DNA from: the human T2T-CHM13v2.0 reference genome, Homo sapiens
Strand: one strand, 5' to 3'
Assembly: GCF_009914755.1 (NCBI RefSeq)
Contig: NC_060934.1
Length of the DNA: 64,000 nt
Under the pieces are notes generated by a model. It made no database searches. It was given only the letters and a program-made list of their open reading frames with translations, and had not been told where the DNA came from. A program made the position numbers and the translations under genes. This document shows positions 48,730-62,899 of the stretch, one piece after another (position 1 is the first letter of the stretch; every line of letters starts with the position of its first letter).

Positions 48730-50720
48730 TGCTATCTTCACCTAATTTTGAAAGTAAAGTTAATATTACTTAGTCAATTGAACAATATTTTGGTGTGTTT
48801 CTTTTTAGAATAAGTTGAAAGGAATTCACCTATGGAATCATCATTGTCCAAAACTTTAGGAAAACTGTTGTTACCACTAAACTATCTTTAAAATTTACAG
48901 GCAAATGTAGAAGCGAATATAAGTTTACAGTGTCAACTTGGGTTTTTTTTTTTTACTATATATAGGCATTATATAGCATTATATAGTATGATCATCATAA
49001 TATTCCTTTATCAGTATGCCTTTTAATGGTATAATCTATCTTTTTTGTTTTCTTTCATTTTTAAATTTTATCTTTTCTGCTAGAGTCAATCTTACTAATA
49101 TTAAAAATAAAAATAGTTTGTAGTTAAATTTTTCTGTTTTGTTTTTTTCCTCTGTGTCAGAAATTTATACTCTTTGTTTCTCTTAATCTGTTCTGTATTT
49201 TTTGAATTTTATTGAACTTTTTTTCTGTGCTAGATGTAAATTCTCATCTAGTTTGCAATTAATCCTTCACGTTTCTTGATTATGTATTCCATTTTCTCTG
49301 CAAATACTGTTTTAATGTATGTATTTTACAAATTTAAATATATGTGCATTTGTATAATTTTCATTCATGGTGAATATTTAAAAATTTTAAGATATTTATT
49401 ATTTATTCTCAATTACTTAAGTGTAATTTAGTAGATCATTGTTTATTTTCCAAATATATAGAATTGTAAAAGACATTCCTTTATATGTGATATTTTTATT
49501 TTATTATCAGCTTAGAACATAGTCTTATGGTGTTAATTCCTTGGAATTTATTCAGGCATAGTTTGTTAGCTAATATATGGTCAAATTCTGTGACTGACCA
49601 TTTGTGCTTTTAAAGAATATTTGCTTTTTTTCTCTGTTTAGATAATTTTTTTTTTTAGTGCAACAGACAGTCCTTTTGCTCATGAACACAGTCATATATA
49701 GGAAACAATCCACCAAGTTTTTAATCTCAGTTTCATGAATGATTAATGGGTAATTTCCTCACTTATCAGCAGAGATAAAAAGCATTATGATTTTAGAAGG
49801 CTGTTACAGGGAGTAAATTAGCAGTGTTACTTATTACGATGTAATCTATTACTATTGTTTAATAGATATTAGCTTTTAGTATATTGAAAGTATGCAAGTC
49901 ATCTATTTCTTTACTTCCTTAATAACACAAGGTGAAAAAATTATTTTTTTCATTATGGTGGACAGGATTAGATAATTAAAGTGTTTACTAATCATTGGGT
50001 CTTTTTTTACTATTACCCATGCATTTCTCATTTTATTAGTTTATATCTATGGAAATTAAAATATATTTTGTATTGGAATTCTACCTATAAATCATTTTAC
50101 CTCTCTTCTTGGTAAACATTAACAAATTTAATTCTATTTTTTTGTATTATATACCATTTCCTATTACACCAAATTGTTGCACATATTTTTTATTAGTCCC
50201 TTAGGGTAATTTTTTCTAAGTAAAATGGCATGAACATTTTCAGAGCTTCTAATAAATATTTCTAAATTGAACTAAAGTAAGTTTCTAGTAATTAACATGC
50301 CTGTCAGCAGTGATTGAATGTGCTCATTTTTTCTCACCTTCCACCTAGTGAATTAGATTTTAGAAATTCTTTTCAAATTCAATAGGCAAAAAATTGGTTT
50401 GCATTCATGCTAAAATTGCATTTTTTGATTGCTAGTGAGTTTGAATATTTATGCCCATGTCCACTTGCCATTTTTATTTATTTTAGTAAATGGCCTATTA
50501 TAGGCTTTGTTAATAATTCCAGTTGTGTTTTCACCTTCTGATTAGTCATTTTAAGAGTACCTTATAAATACCCCATCATCTGTTTTCTTTATTTAGGGTT
50601 TTTTTCATTTTAAATGTGTCCAAGGTAAGTATGGAAATACAGATTATTTTAAAAATTAAAGTAGTAAGATTGATCAATATTATCTTAATAGTTTTTATTT
50701 TTCCTCTAATGTTTAGTTGT
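48730..50720 (-). mobile_element. Highly decayed L1ME/M5 fragments
   Basis: GAATTCACCTATGGAATCATC, TAATATATGGTCAAATT and TTGCATTTTTTGATTGCTAGTGAGTTTGAATATTT. Confidence 0.5.
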
Positions 50721-51348
50721 GCTTGTTGTGATGTGATGAATTAAGTATGTGCTACTTCATTTTTTGCAAGACTTTAAAAAATCTTTTAAAATAATTTTCT
50801 TCTTATAGTTTCCATATATTTCTTATTACATTGTAACTATATAGCATATATTTTTGTTTTAAATAAAATAATCTTGCTTTTAGCAAAAGCATCTTCCAGA
50901 ATAATCTTAAGTGCTTTTATACCAGATTATATAAAACCTATTGTCTTTCCAATATATTTTAAAACATTACCATTTAAAATTGTGTAACAATTTCTACAGG
51001 AATCTCAACTTTATTTTTGTATTTCATATATATGACATTATATATAATGTTATACATAATATATATGTAATTATATGTTTTATATATAATTGTTGTATCA
51101 CATGTATAACATTGAGTCACTGTATTTAAAAATTATAATTTTAAACATATCTTAGTTTCATTTTTGAATGGTAGAATAAGAAATCTACAGCTAATGTATT
51201 AAAATTTTCTTTAATCTTTGACAAAAATAGTGATATACAAACTACAACCCCAGAGACTCTGATTCATTGGTTCCTATATGGTGCCCCAAATTCTTAAGTC
51301 CTAATGCTCCGCTAGTAAAGTCGATCGCCTAAATATGACATAACTTTC

Positions 51349-51426
51349 CTTATTCCTGAATTAAATTAGATTATTTCTTTTATTTCACTTATTCCTGAAT
51401 TAAATTAGATTATTTGTTTTATTTCA
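51349..51426. repeat. 39-bp tandem duplication (38/39 identical)
   Basis: CTTATTCCTGAATTAAATTAGATTATTT(C/G)TTTTATTTCA x2. Confidence 0.95.
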
Positions 51427-52544
51427 AAATTAACAGAATGCTAGGGAATGCCTTATTTAATGTGTTTGATTATTTATATAAAACTGACAGTCTTTTTAAA
51501 ATCGTTTTACTCTAATAGAAATATTTATGATTAAATATGTGGTTAGAAGTATCTTATATAACCTTTCCCATCTTTCAACTAAAATATTTATTATCAAAAA
51601 TAGAAGACACAAATAAAACAAGATGTATCAATCAACAAATGACTATAAGAATATTTATGAAACCGACTTTAAAAATAAAACATGACTGAATTTTTTTCTG
51701 GTGAAGTTTCACTAAGTTAAATAGAAACTACATCATACAGAAAACAAGAGAAAACTGAATCAAGACGAAGAATTGATATCTATCTTTCTTCCTACACCCA
51801 ATCCCTAAAAACTATATTTAAAAAGAGTTAATAGGAAAATATTGCTGAAATATTAAAATTTATCAGTTAAGTCCACTCATCTGGAAGAAAACTTATGAAG
51901 TTTTATGTCTACTCTCTGATCAAGATAATTCTCTTTGTTTTCAGTAATGAAAAATGTAACAGACATTTTTTCCTATTCATATTTACTCATTTCATTCCTC
52001 TGATAGTGAAAAGGCTTAACACTAAGATATTTTTTCCCACATATTTCTAAAATAAAATACCTTAATTACTTTCGTTAAAATCCCGTCACTGATCAGTTTT
52101 TCAATCTCTCTACATTTACACATTAAAACATTTTTAACACATAAAATTAAATTTCTGTTGTACTTAAATGCAGTTATGTTCCAAATAATGACTAAATATT
52201 CTGTCTAGCTTGATGCTTTTGAGATTTGCTAAAACTCTCACAGCAGGGAAACGTTAAGAGCCAAGGTGATGTTTTTTGTTTTAGTTTCTGAAAGTTTCCT
52301 TTCTATACTTTGCCAGTATTATTTTGGGGAATATGACCTCTGCCTTTTAAATATCAGAAAGAGAGTTTACATTCTATTATGCTTTTAAAGATATAGTGGC
52401 TTCTCATCTTCTTGCAAGTGCTTTTTCTCCTTTGACAATCAAGCAATCTGTTAGTTGGCATATTATGATAATATGATTACTTCCAATGATACAAATTAGA
52501 TATATAGGAGGGTTTGGTGATGTCATCAGGTCAAATAAAATTGT

Positions 52545-52720
52545 GAATTTAAAAGGGCATTAGAAGTCATCTTGTTCAACTTCCTAAATTAAAAATTGAA
52601 GAGCTAGTGACTCAGAGAGCAGAAATGTTTGTCTGGGTCACTCCAACAAAACAAAACATGGAGGCAAAGAACAGAACTTGGGTCTTTCAATACCTAAACC
52701 ATTCATTGCTCTTTCTGCTA
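52545..52720 (-). mobile_element. MIR3/MIRc fragment
   Basis: AGGGCATTAGAAGTCATCTTGTTCAAC...GACTCAGAGAG...GGTCAC...AGAACTTGGGTCT. Confidence 0.6.
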
Positions 52721-54686
52721 TTGAACTGTGCCTGTTGTATGGAAGCAGACCACAAAAATGGCAGCAAATACCATGTTGTAAGTGTGGTAACCATTATGTG
52801 TAGCATAATATAGAATGGTGTAATGCATACCATTCAAACAAAACAATGGACTCATTCATACTCCTTCAAATGTATCCCTTGCTACTGAACTCTTCCATCC
52901 CCAGCCTTGTGCTTTTGTGACTTGACTTCTTAGTGAGGAAAACCAAGCCTCTGTATTTGTACAACGTTTTTACTGATCACGTATTATCAAGTATCTAGCT
53001 CTTTAGATTAAGCATACCATTTAGATAATGCAGAGATAGAAATTGGGTATGGGGAGTGGAAAGATAGTGGACATGTAATAAACAGATAAGGGTTCTGACA
53101 TGAGCTAAATATTTACTGCTTGTGTGACTTTGAATAAAAGTCTTTTCTTCTCTAAAACAGTTAATTTTTTAAGAATCTGAGGCAGTCAAATGAGCTAGTG
53201 TGTGAGAAATGATTTCCATAAAATATATGCTTTCTGGTACATCTAAATTTGATGTAATAGTTGTATCATGTTGTTTAGTGATAAATATGTAGTTTTGTTA
53301 ATAAGCGGGCTACAAGGTCATTATATTTATTATTCAATTGATAAGAGTAGGAGCTATTATTTTTCTGAATCTTTACTAAATTCAGATTCTTTATATGAAC
53401 TAAATTAATAATCACCCTTTAAAAACTTCTATGATGTAGACATTGCCTAACTTACAGATGTGGAAACAGTAGTTCCAGTCTAAAATGTATATGAATGGAA
53501 AAAATATTGTAGCTGTATAATGTCCAGGAAAAAAGATAAAAATGTGATATTTTCTGAGAGCCTTTTATGCTGAGTGCTGAGCTTTTTAAATTCAGTAATT
53601 CATTTTCTAAAACAAAATCCTATTCTAATGTGAATACCATTGTATCCTTTAACGATATGTGCTTATGGGTGTTTTAAAAATTTGTGAATTGTCATAAAAT
53701 ATTAAAATATTACTAATAATCTATAGGAATTTGATAAGCATTAATGCAATTTTTATTTTATGGTAAAATTATCTTAAGTGTTTATTCAGAATGGAAAATG
53801 GAAAATAATTATTTGCAGCAATTACACATATAATACATCCTAATACAAGGGGAAATTTAACTGGGAGAGAAAGTAGATCTAGATTTTTTAAACAGTAGGC
53901 TGCTGCTTCCTGCATTGTGAATTAAACTGAATGTTATTTAATCAATACTAGCAATATATTTAGAAAGAGAGTAAGCATTAGGTAGCGGAGAATTTCTACA
54001 AAACATATGCCCACATATTAAAAATATAACAACAGCAAAAATCAAGCACTTATTGCATCCACATCAATTTTCCACCCTGTTTATTTAACAATCATTGCGA
54101 TTTTCTATTTAATTATACTAAACTCATAAAAGCAGAACTGAAGTTTTGTACAGAAGTATGTATATTACTTATTTTTTGAATTGGTTAAGGAGTTTGATGT
54201 ATTTAAGCAACATAAAGACTTGACAGTTATATTTATCTCATATCTTCTTTCTCCAATTTCATAATCACTTGGTCCACAAAAACTGATTGTTATTAAGCAT
54301 TGCGGTGAGCATGAGATCTATGGCTTTCAAATCCCATGAAAAACAAGCAACTACTTCAATATTTTTAAATATTGCAAATGCTATAGAGACTTCCAAATGC
54401 ATGTGAAGTAGAATTTTGTAGAAGTAGCTTATTAGCAGATGGTAGAATCAGCTTTCTTTATTTGTATTTTTTAGATAAATAAACAGAAGACGTAAAATGT
54501 GAAAAGAAAAAGAAAAGATTGTTCATCCCATTTTACATCATGGATTCTTAGATAAAACCAATCCTAACGTTAGAATGGATTTTGTTTCTGGGTGGGAGAA
54601 AGAGATCGAGTTCTATTATTTTCTCTAGTTTTTGGTTGTTAAATTTAATAATTAAACCTAATAATAAAAATTTCTAAAAAATCATT

Positions 54687-54764
54687 TGGGTTAGAATTCA
54701 CTCTGTTGGAACCTTGTTAGAGGTTCACTCTTGAAACTCTGGGTTAGAATTCACTCTGTTGGAA
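54687..54764. repeat. 25-bp perfect direct repeat flanking a degenerate third copy
   Basis: TGGGTTAGAATTCACTCTGTTGGAA at 54687 and 54740. Confidence 0.92.
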
Positions 54765-56249
54765 ATCTGTTCAACCATTTAAGACTTTCCCTCTTAATTT
54801 TTTAAAAATGTAGTATTCAAATCTCCACTTATACATTTTTCTTTAAAAGAGAATATTTTCATTGCCTCATTTTGTAGGAGGGAGCTCAAACTTTTTTAGA
54901 TGCCTTTCTAAAAAGAAATGAAAACTGCAAGAATTTACAACTGTTTGGAAAAATTTACAGATAGGCATTAAATTCAAATGTCTAAGATTACAGCTAGATA
55001 TTCTAAGGTTTTGACCTTTGTAAAAGGGATTACTAGCAGAGTATAAAGAGAAAAAGTAATTTAAACATTTTTCCACATTGAAAAATATTCTATAGTAGTA
55101 CTATATTTTATTAGAGGCCAAAGTAGTTTTAATGTTTTAATTCAAAAATATTACTATTTTCTACTAAATTATTCTATTATACATTTCAAGGAATAGTGTT
55201 ACATAAAAATAAAAATACTTTGCAGTTCTTCAAATACATTCCTAAATCATTTTCCAAATTGCTTACTGCAGTTTATACACTAAAAATATGTAAAATTGCA
55301 TCACTTTCCCTAAGACTGTGTTATTCTGTTGAGTTTTTTAATTTTTCTTTTTACTATATTAATGTTTTATCATAATATTTTAACTTGTATTTTCCGATGG
55401 CTAGAAAAAGTCAATATCTTTCCATTTGTTTGGTCTTGCATTTAATTTTCAGATACTAGTGGTATATTTATTATTATCAAATTAGGACATTCCATCAATT
55501 TCTCTTATGCTTCTTTCTTTAGAATATGCATCCTGAACTTACATGTCTCTGTGTGCCTATACACTCATGAAATCAACAACAATACTTGCATGACTTTGGG
55601 AGCTACTGATAGATCCAAGCCTTAGTCCATAAATTCGATGGTGGCAAAAAATTGATGTGTTTACCACTCTGTCTGAAATACCTTGAATAAAATTCAGACT
55701 ATTAAGAGGTGCTCAAAAAACAAACCTTCTTTCTATTTGTTGAAGTGACAAATGAATTAAAGAAATAGACAAGTCAGAATATCATGGCTTTACCCTTCTC
55801 ATGCTGGAAGCCATTTTATTTTATTTTTTTAAAAAGTGAATCACCTCTTTGCATATTTGTTGAATTTTCATTTCTGTTCTATTAGATATCCTAATCATAT
55901 GCCTTATCAAATTAAGTTCAATCTACTTATTAAAACAAAAACAAAAGTAAAATTTAACTTATATATTTACTCTTCTATTATAATTTAGGTATGAATATTT
56001 AAGAGAGAAAAATCATTCAAGATCGTCAGACTTAGCATAATCCACAAACAACTTGCTAGATGTGAGGGAATTTTAATTTCTGATGGAGTTTCCAATAAGA
56101 GAAAAAGAATAATCAGATGGGAAGAGAGGCAAGTAGGAATTAAGAGGGAAATAAAAATTCAGAAAGAGTGACAGATATATGGGAAAGAGAAAATATAGAT
56201 GTTTGTAGGGCTTTAAAATAGAGGGTCAAAATTGAAAGTTTCAACTTTC

Positions 56250-57021
56250 CTCTGGGTAGATTCCCAGTAGTGAGATTGTTGGGTCAAATGGCAGTTCTAC
56301 TTTTAATTCTTCAAGGAATCTCTACACTGTTTTCCAAAGTGGCTGTACTAGTTTCCATTCCCACTAGCAGTGTAGAAGTGTTCCCTTTTTCACCACATCC
56401 ATGCCAACATCTATTATTTTTTGATTTTTTTGATTATGGTCATTCTTGCAGGAGTAAGGTAGTGTTGCACTGTGGTTTTGATTTGCGTTTCCCTGATCAT
56501 TAGTGATGTTGAGCACTTTTTCATATGTTTATTTGGCCATTTGATTATGAAAAAGATACTTGCACATACGTTTATGGCAGCACAATTCACAATTGCAAAA
56601 ATATAGAACAAGCCCAAATGCCTGTCAATCAATGAGTGGATAAAGAAACAGTGATTATATATATATAATGGAATACTACTCAGTCATAAAAATGAATTAA
56701 TTAATGGCATTCACAGCAACCTGGATGTGATTGGAGACTATTATTCTAAATGAAGTAACTCAGGAATGGAAAACCAAACATCATATGTTCTCACTCGTAA
56801 GAGGGAGCTAAGCTATGAGAATGCAAAGACATAAGAATGATATAGTGGACTTTGGGGACTTGGAAGGAAAAGGTGGGAGTGGGGTGAGGGATAAAAGGCT
56901 ACAAACTGGCTTCAGTGGATACTGCTCAGGTGATGGGTGCACCAAAATCTCACGAATCACCACTAAAGAACCTACTCATGTAACCAAATACCACCTGTTC
57001 CCCAAAAACCTATAGGCAAAA
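56250..57021 (+). mobile_element. L1PB1-type LINE-1 with 5' inversion (twin priming)
   Basis: 56250-56543 is antisense and 56544-57021 is the sense 3' end; TSD AAAGTTTCA(A/G)C(T/C)TTC at 56235 and 57022. Confidence 0.9.
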
Positions 57022-57851
57022 AAAGTTTCAGCCTTCATTGAGTCATCTAACTTGGTTTAAACTGTTGTGATACTAGCCTAATAAGCATGACTTAAATGTT
57101 TGCTACTTACAAAGAGAAGACATTTAAACCTTTTAGAATTAGATCAGATATGCCCTAATAAAATATGGAGAACCACATCCTTGGGGAGAAATGCATGTGA
57201 GACAGTACTTTCTGCTGTATAAAGTTATATTCAAGATAATAAAAATCATGAGCAAAAGTTTCAACTCAAAAAGTTTAATGGATTTCTGCTTCCACTTAGG
57301 ATATAAAATATAGCAAGGAAACAGCACTCCCAGCCTAATTATGAAAACAAGTGAATCATCTGAAAAGTTACAGTTATTTCACACTCATCAGAGAGCCATG
57401 GTCACAGAGTAGCCTAAAATCCAAGAGAGGATGAGACTAATAGAGAGAGTTGGGCAGGCTGCACAGCTGCTTCCATCTATGGCAGAGCAGCAGGAAGAGG
57501 AGACAGATGCCATAGACTTGGGCAAGAAAAAAACTGCTGAAATTATGACAAATTTTTAAAGGCTGGATGTGGGCTGGCATGGGAGTTTAGAAGCTCCGGG
57601 AGTTCCAGGCAGAAGGAATCCTTGTACCTATCCATTGACTCTTTTTCCTGAGCTTTCATCTAGTACTCATGAGAAAAATTGGATTTAGGAAAGGAGAACT
57701 GAGAAAGAGCCCCCTGAGGCACAGGTGCAGAGCAGGAGACCAGAGAAAACTCTCCTACACATGGGGCCTTCCACTGAGGAGGAGGCAGTGGTCATCTGCT
57801 TCTCGGGGAGCAGCAGGAGGTCTGATAGAGGCTCTTCTGATACAGATGGGG

Positions 57852-58208
57852 TATTATGGACTGAAGTTTTCTGTCTCCCCAGATTTGTATGTTGAAATGC
57901 TAACCCCAATGTGATGGTATTAGGAGGTGGGGTTTTTGGGAGGTGATTCAGTTCACAAGGGTGGAGCCCTCATACATGCCATTAGTGTGCTTATAAGAAG
58001 AGGCCAGAGAACTAGCAAGCCCTCTTTCTCCCATGTCAGAACACGAGAAATCAAGTTTGCAACCTGGAAGAAGGCCTCTAACAGAACCAATCATGCTGGC
58101 ACCTTGATTTTGAACTTGAGCCTCTGGAATTGTGAGAAATTACTTTTTGTTGTTTATAAGCCATCCAGTCTATGGTATTTTGTTGGGGCAGTCCAAACTG
58201 ACTAAGAT
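57852..58208 (+). mobile_element. MLT1A0 solo LTR (ERVL-MaLR)
   Basis: TATGGACTGAA...TATGTTGAAATGCTAACCCCAATGTGATGGTATTAGGAGGTGGGG...TTTATAAGCCATCCAGTCTATGGTATTTTGTT...ACTAAGA. Confidence 0.88.
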
Positions 58209-58820
58209 TCCAGGCCTCCCATAGTCTGAGTGGAAAGTGAGAGAACAGAGAGAAACCGGCTACTGTTTGGCCTTATATCAAGTTTCAGGCAGCAGATACC
58301 TTGAGAGTGGAGAGGGAAAGAAAGAGCTGTGTGGGAATGCCTCTGAGGCCCAGCTGCTCCAGGCCTGCTGCAGTTTTAGGATGCTGAGGAGAACTATGGG
58401 ATGCTTCCAAGTACACCACACTGGATGAGGCAGTGCCCCTCTGCTTCTGGGAGAAAACAGAAGAGCTGAGACTTCCTTAAGGCACAGGTGAATGGGATGC
58501 TGAAGTGTGAGGGTAGGCTAGAGAGCTAAAATACACCCTTTAGACACTCAGATGCCAAGCCTTTCTAAGGAACGTGTCAAGTAATTAGAAGGCTCTGAGG
58601 AACTGAATACAGCTGAATCAGCAACAAAGCCCAATTAGATTAAGTTGCAGATTAAATTTTTCTTACTCACCCATGCAAGCCACACACTATTGTCTCATAG
58701 AAAAAGAAGCTTGCTTTTTTTTTCTGAGCATAAATATTATTTACCTCAATCTCTGCTACTTTTTAATATACAATATTTAGCAATTCAATAAATACTTTGA
58801 GACACATAAAAAAGTAACCC

Positions 58821-59157
<337 letters not shown>

Positions 59158-61654
59158 TCAGTAGAATCAGATAGAGATGGCCCAGGTATTGATTTACTAA
59201 CACACAGGGAAATTAAAATAATGATGAATATATGATAAGATAGAGTGGAGACGGTAGAAAACATATCTGGACAAATGGGGGGAATTTTAGCAGAGATACA
59301 AAAAGTGTAAACAAACAATGGAAATACCAGAAATGAAAATACAAGGAAATAGAGTTTTTTTGTTTGTTTGTTTTGCTTTCTGATAGGCTAATCAGTAGAC
59401 TGGACATAGCAGAGGAAAGAACTATAAACCTGAAAAACAGGTCAATAGTGAAAAAAAATGGAACAAAATATCAGAGATCTGTGGAACAATACTTTTTACA
59501 TATATATGTATATTTAAATGTGTGTGTTTCCCAAAGAAGTGAGAGAAACTGAGGAAGAGGAAATCATTTGAAAAAATAACCTGTACTAATTTTCCAAAAT
59601 TATTGAATGATATCAAATCACAAAACCAAGAAGCTCAGAGACCCCTTAGAAGGACAAATACAAATAAAACCATCAGGAATATTATATTCAAACAAAATAT
59701 GATTTAAAAAATAGAATACCTAGAAATCAGCCAGAGGAAAAAAGACCAAGTTGTGTCATACTTATAACATTGCTTACTAACAGGTGTGTTGTAGATACTT
59801 TACTGTAAAAGGATGATTCTGCCTTAATAGTTATGATATGAATCAAGTATACATCAGTATGTTTTAGATTAAGTTGGCTTAGAATACAAATATTTTTCTT
59901 TAGAACAAGACTCAAACTCTTTACTAATATGTTTATGTGAGATATCTCTGAAAAGGGTAGTTACACTGTAGTTAATGAAGTCACTATAATGTTTTCATTT
60001 TCCAAATTTTTTACGAAGACCATACTTGTATTGGACCATAATTCAAGCACATAAAGAGGAAAATTTAAATCCTTTTTTTTTTCAGATACAAAAAACCTGA
60101 GTCATTTAGCTTATTTTTAACGAAAAGGACCATAAGCCTCTTAAGGTTTGCAAAAGTCTCATCCTTTCATGAGTGATTATTTAAGTTCTCTCAATTATTC
60201 AGCTTTATGTTCAGAAATGTGCTAGCACTGAGTGGTGGGTTCGGTGATTCGTCCATTCTTTCTCTGGCACACCACAGTTATATTGTCTATAAGTCAGAAA
60301 CAGAGCTAAATACTAGTTTATAAAGGTGAGTAAACTATTTTCTAATTATACTTACTTGGTTCATATTTAGCTGCTCAAGAAATATTTGCCAAATGAATGA
60401 CTGTATGCAGGCATTGGGGTTGGCAAAATAAATAAAAATTAGACAAAACACTTTCCTAAACCAATATTTTCCATGCACACAAAATGTACTAAATAGGCTT
60501 GTGACTAATATCCCCATTGTACACAGGAGGAAGTTAATCGTTTTGACAGGGGCTGTGAAGGGGTAGAGAAAAACAAATCAAAGACTGTACTATACAAAGA
60601 ATTATTCTGCTGAATTTTGAAAACTGAAAAATTTTAATATACACATTCATCCTTTTAACAAACAGAGCTAAGAATACAAACACCTAGGCACATGGCACTG
60701 TTGTCAGGGAGTTTAAAGTATGATGAATATAATTGAGGAGCAATACAGACAAGTTACCCAACCTCCTGGAACTTAGAATATAAGAGAGATCAGGAGTATC
60801 ACCCTAATTACACAAATACATAGTATAAAATATGAAATAAAGCTAGGGCAAAGAGACAAGAAAGCGAGAAGGTTCAATGTGTTTTTTTAACAAAAGGACT
60901 CATCATCCCATTTGCACAGTAAAGAAAATGCATTGTGAATTCTGGATTCACTATCAAGCATCAGGTTCATGGAGATGAGTGGTGGAGAAGATGTTGGAGA
61001 GACTAGCAGAAGTTGAATCCTAATTTTTCATATATTCCATTTTAAAACATTTAATTTGGAAATTAGAATGAGTTTAAATATTTCAAACTTTAAACAAGTT
61101 AAGAATTTTTTGAAGAAACCAACAGATCATGAGCAATATTTAGACATTTGGACCAAGCAACCTTAAAACTTTTTTCCCTTACACAGATTCTATGACTTAT
61201 GTAAACTAAATTTGCAGCCAAGAAGGAAAGAGTAAGATAGACTTTATTTAGGGTTGTCAGTGGTAAAAAAACAAAGCAGAAAAATTCAGGGGTAGGTCTC
61301 ATATAAAGAGAGCCGAAATGTTCTCACTGGGTATGATTCCAAGTATGATGTATAGCCCATACTGGGAAACATTAACTAGAATATGTTTGTAAAGAAGAAA
61401 GAACATGGAAAAAATTTAAAGGTTCTCTGCAGTAAATGTAAGCAGCTTTGGTTGTTTTCTTGTTTTTTGTTTTTTTAATCATGAGCTTATCTTGGTTTCT
61501 AAGGGTCAGAGATAACTCTGTTTAGGTTTACATCTAATCATTTTTAATTTACAGAACTGAAAAGTTTAATCAGATAAACACAGTCCTAAGGATTTGCTGA
61601 ATTTTACTGCTATTTATAGAATTACAAAATGCTTCAACTAAGAAATTAGTGTAA

Positions 61655-61780
61655 CATAAGCTTTTCTTGGTTGAAGAAACTGAGGCAAAGAGGGTAGAAG
61701 TAATTTACTCCTAGCCAACCAGTAGGAATAACTGCATCTGCGGTACAATGTGGATCTCCTCACTTCTAAGTTGCTTCTGG
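61655..61780 (-). mobile_element. MIR fragment
   Basis: TGAAGAAACTGAGGCAAAGAGGG..AAGTAATTTACTC. Confidence 0.65.
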
Positions 61781-61783
61781 TAA

Positions 61784-62427
61784 TGAAACCAAGGGGTTAA
61801 TTGATCAGGTATGCCTGAACTGCTTACTTTTGGTCATTTGCTTTTTGTTATTATTTTTTTCCTTTTTTCCATGAAGCTGAAGGCCACAGTAGCTGAAGGC
61901 CTCACCACTGAACAAAAACTTAATCTTCACTGGTTGCATTATAGATAATATGATAACATATAGGTCATTATGGTAATGGTCACTTCACTTGTTTTTCAGA
62001 AACTTGGACAGCTTCTATACAGTTCAAACTAGCTGAGACCACCAACCCTTCAATAGGCCCTGTGCAAATGCCTGAGAGTTGGGCTTTGACGTCATAGGGC
62101 CAAAAACTCTACCCTCAGATCATGCTAGTGCTGCCATTTTCCACACATATGAAATGCCATGAACTCCAGCTATGCTTGTGCAGAACAAACCTGTTACTTC
62201 ATTTTTTTGCCACTACCAATTACCTTTTCCCATGCCTTAAGCCACTCTACTTCTCTAGGCTATAAATATCCCTAAGCCTTATCTTCAGCTAGGTGGATTT
62301 GGGAGCTGTTCGTCAACCTCCTCACCCAGTGCCGTTGACAATAAATCTTTTCTCTCTTGTAAATTCCATGTCACAGTGATTGATTTATTGCATGCAGGCA
62401 GAATGGACCTGGACTTAGTCAGTAACA
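61784..62427 (+). mobile_element. ERV1 MER4-group 5' LTR (LTR48/LTR31/LTR39-like)
   Basis: TG...CA termini (TGAAACC, CAGTAACA); TATAAA at 62261; AATAAA at 62340; followed by a PBS and gag leader. Confidence 0.8.
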
Positions 62428-62430
62428 ATA

Positions 62431-62448
62431 CAGCAGTCTAGCCAGGAG
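62431..62448 (+). other. Decayed retroviral primer-binding site (tRNA-Arg type)
   Basis: CAGCAGTCTAGCCAGGAG versus TGGCGAGCCAGCCAGGAG (12/18, last 9 exact), 3 nt after the LTR end. Confidence 0.6.
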
Positions 62449-62899
62449 TTTTAGTCCATACCTTTTGCTGGTGGTTCAGTTGCCCTGTGCTGCTGCTGGA
62501 ATCTTACAGGTACATTCAGGCAGCTGCTTGGGGCTATTTTTAAAGACATCTTCTCAGGATCCTCCAGCATTCACCACTGGCCTTTGGTGTATACTTCACA
62601 TTTTTGCAACAGAGAAATAGTTTCTGGCCTGGAAGATGTCTTTTTGGGTAACTTTGATACAAGTGACTGGATTCTTATCTCTTTCCCTCTGGCTTGACTT
62701 CTGAAAGGAAGCCCTAGTTTGACCTACGTTGTAAGGGTCCTGGTTTTGGGGACAACTTGATATTAGGGAAGGATTAGGGAATCTCCACTTGCAGAAGTTC
62801 TCCTGGTTCTGTCTGGTTTCCGTTTTCTGAGATCTGGTTCTAGCTGCAGCATAGATAATATAAATATATTTTGACTGATCATGTTTAGAGTTTGAAACA

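Noticed and set aside
54687-54764. CRISPR-like repeat-spacer-repeat
   Set aside because: Only two repeats, a spacer derived from the repeat, no cas genes, and the DNA is primate.
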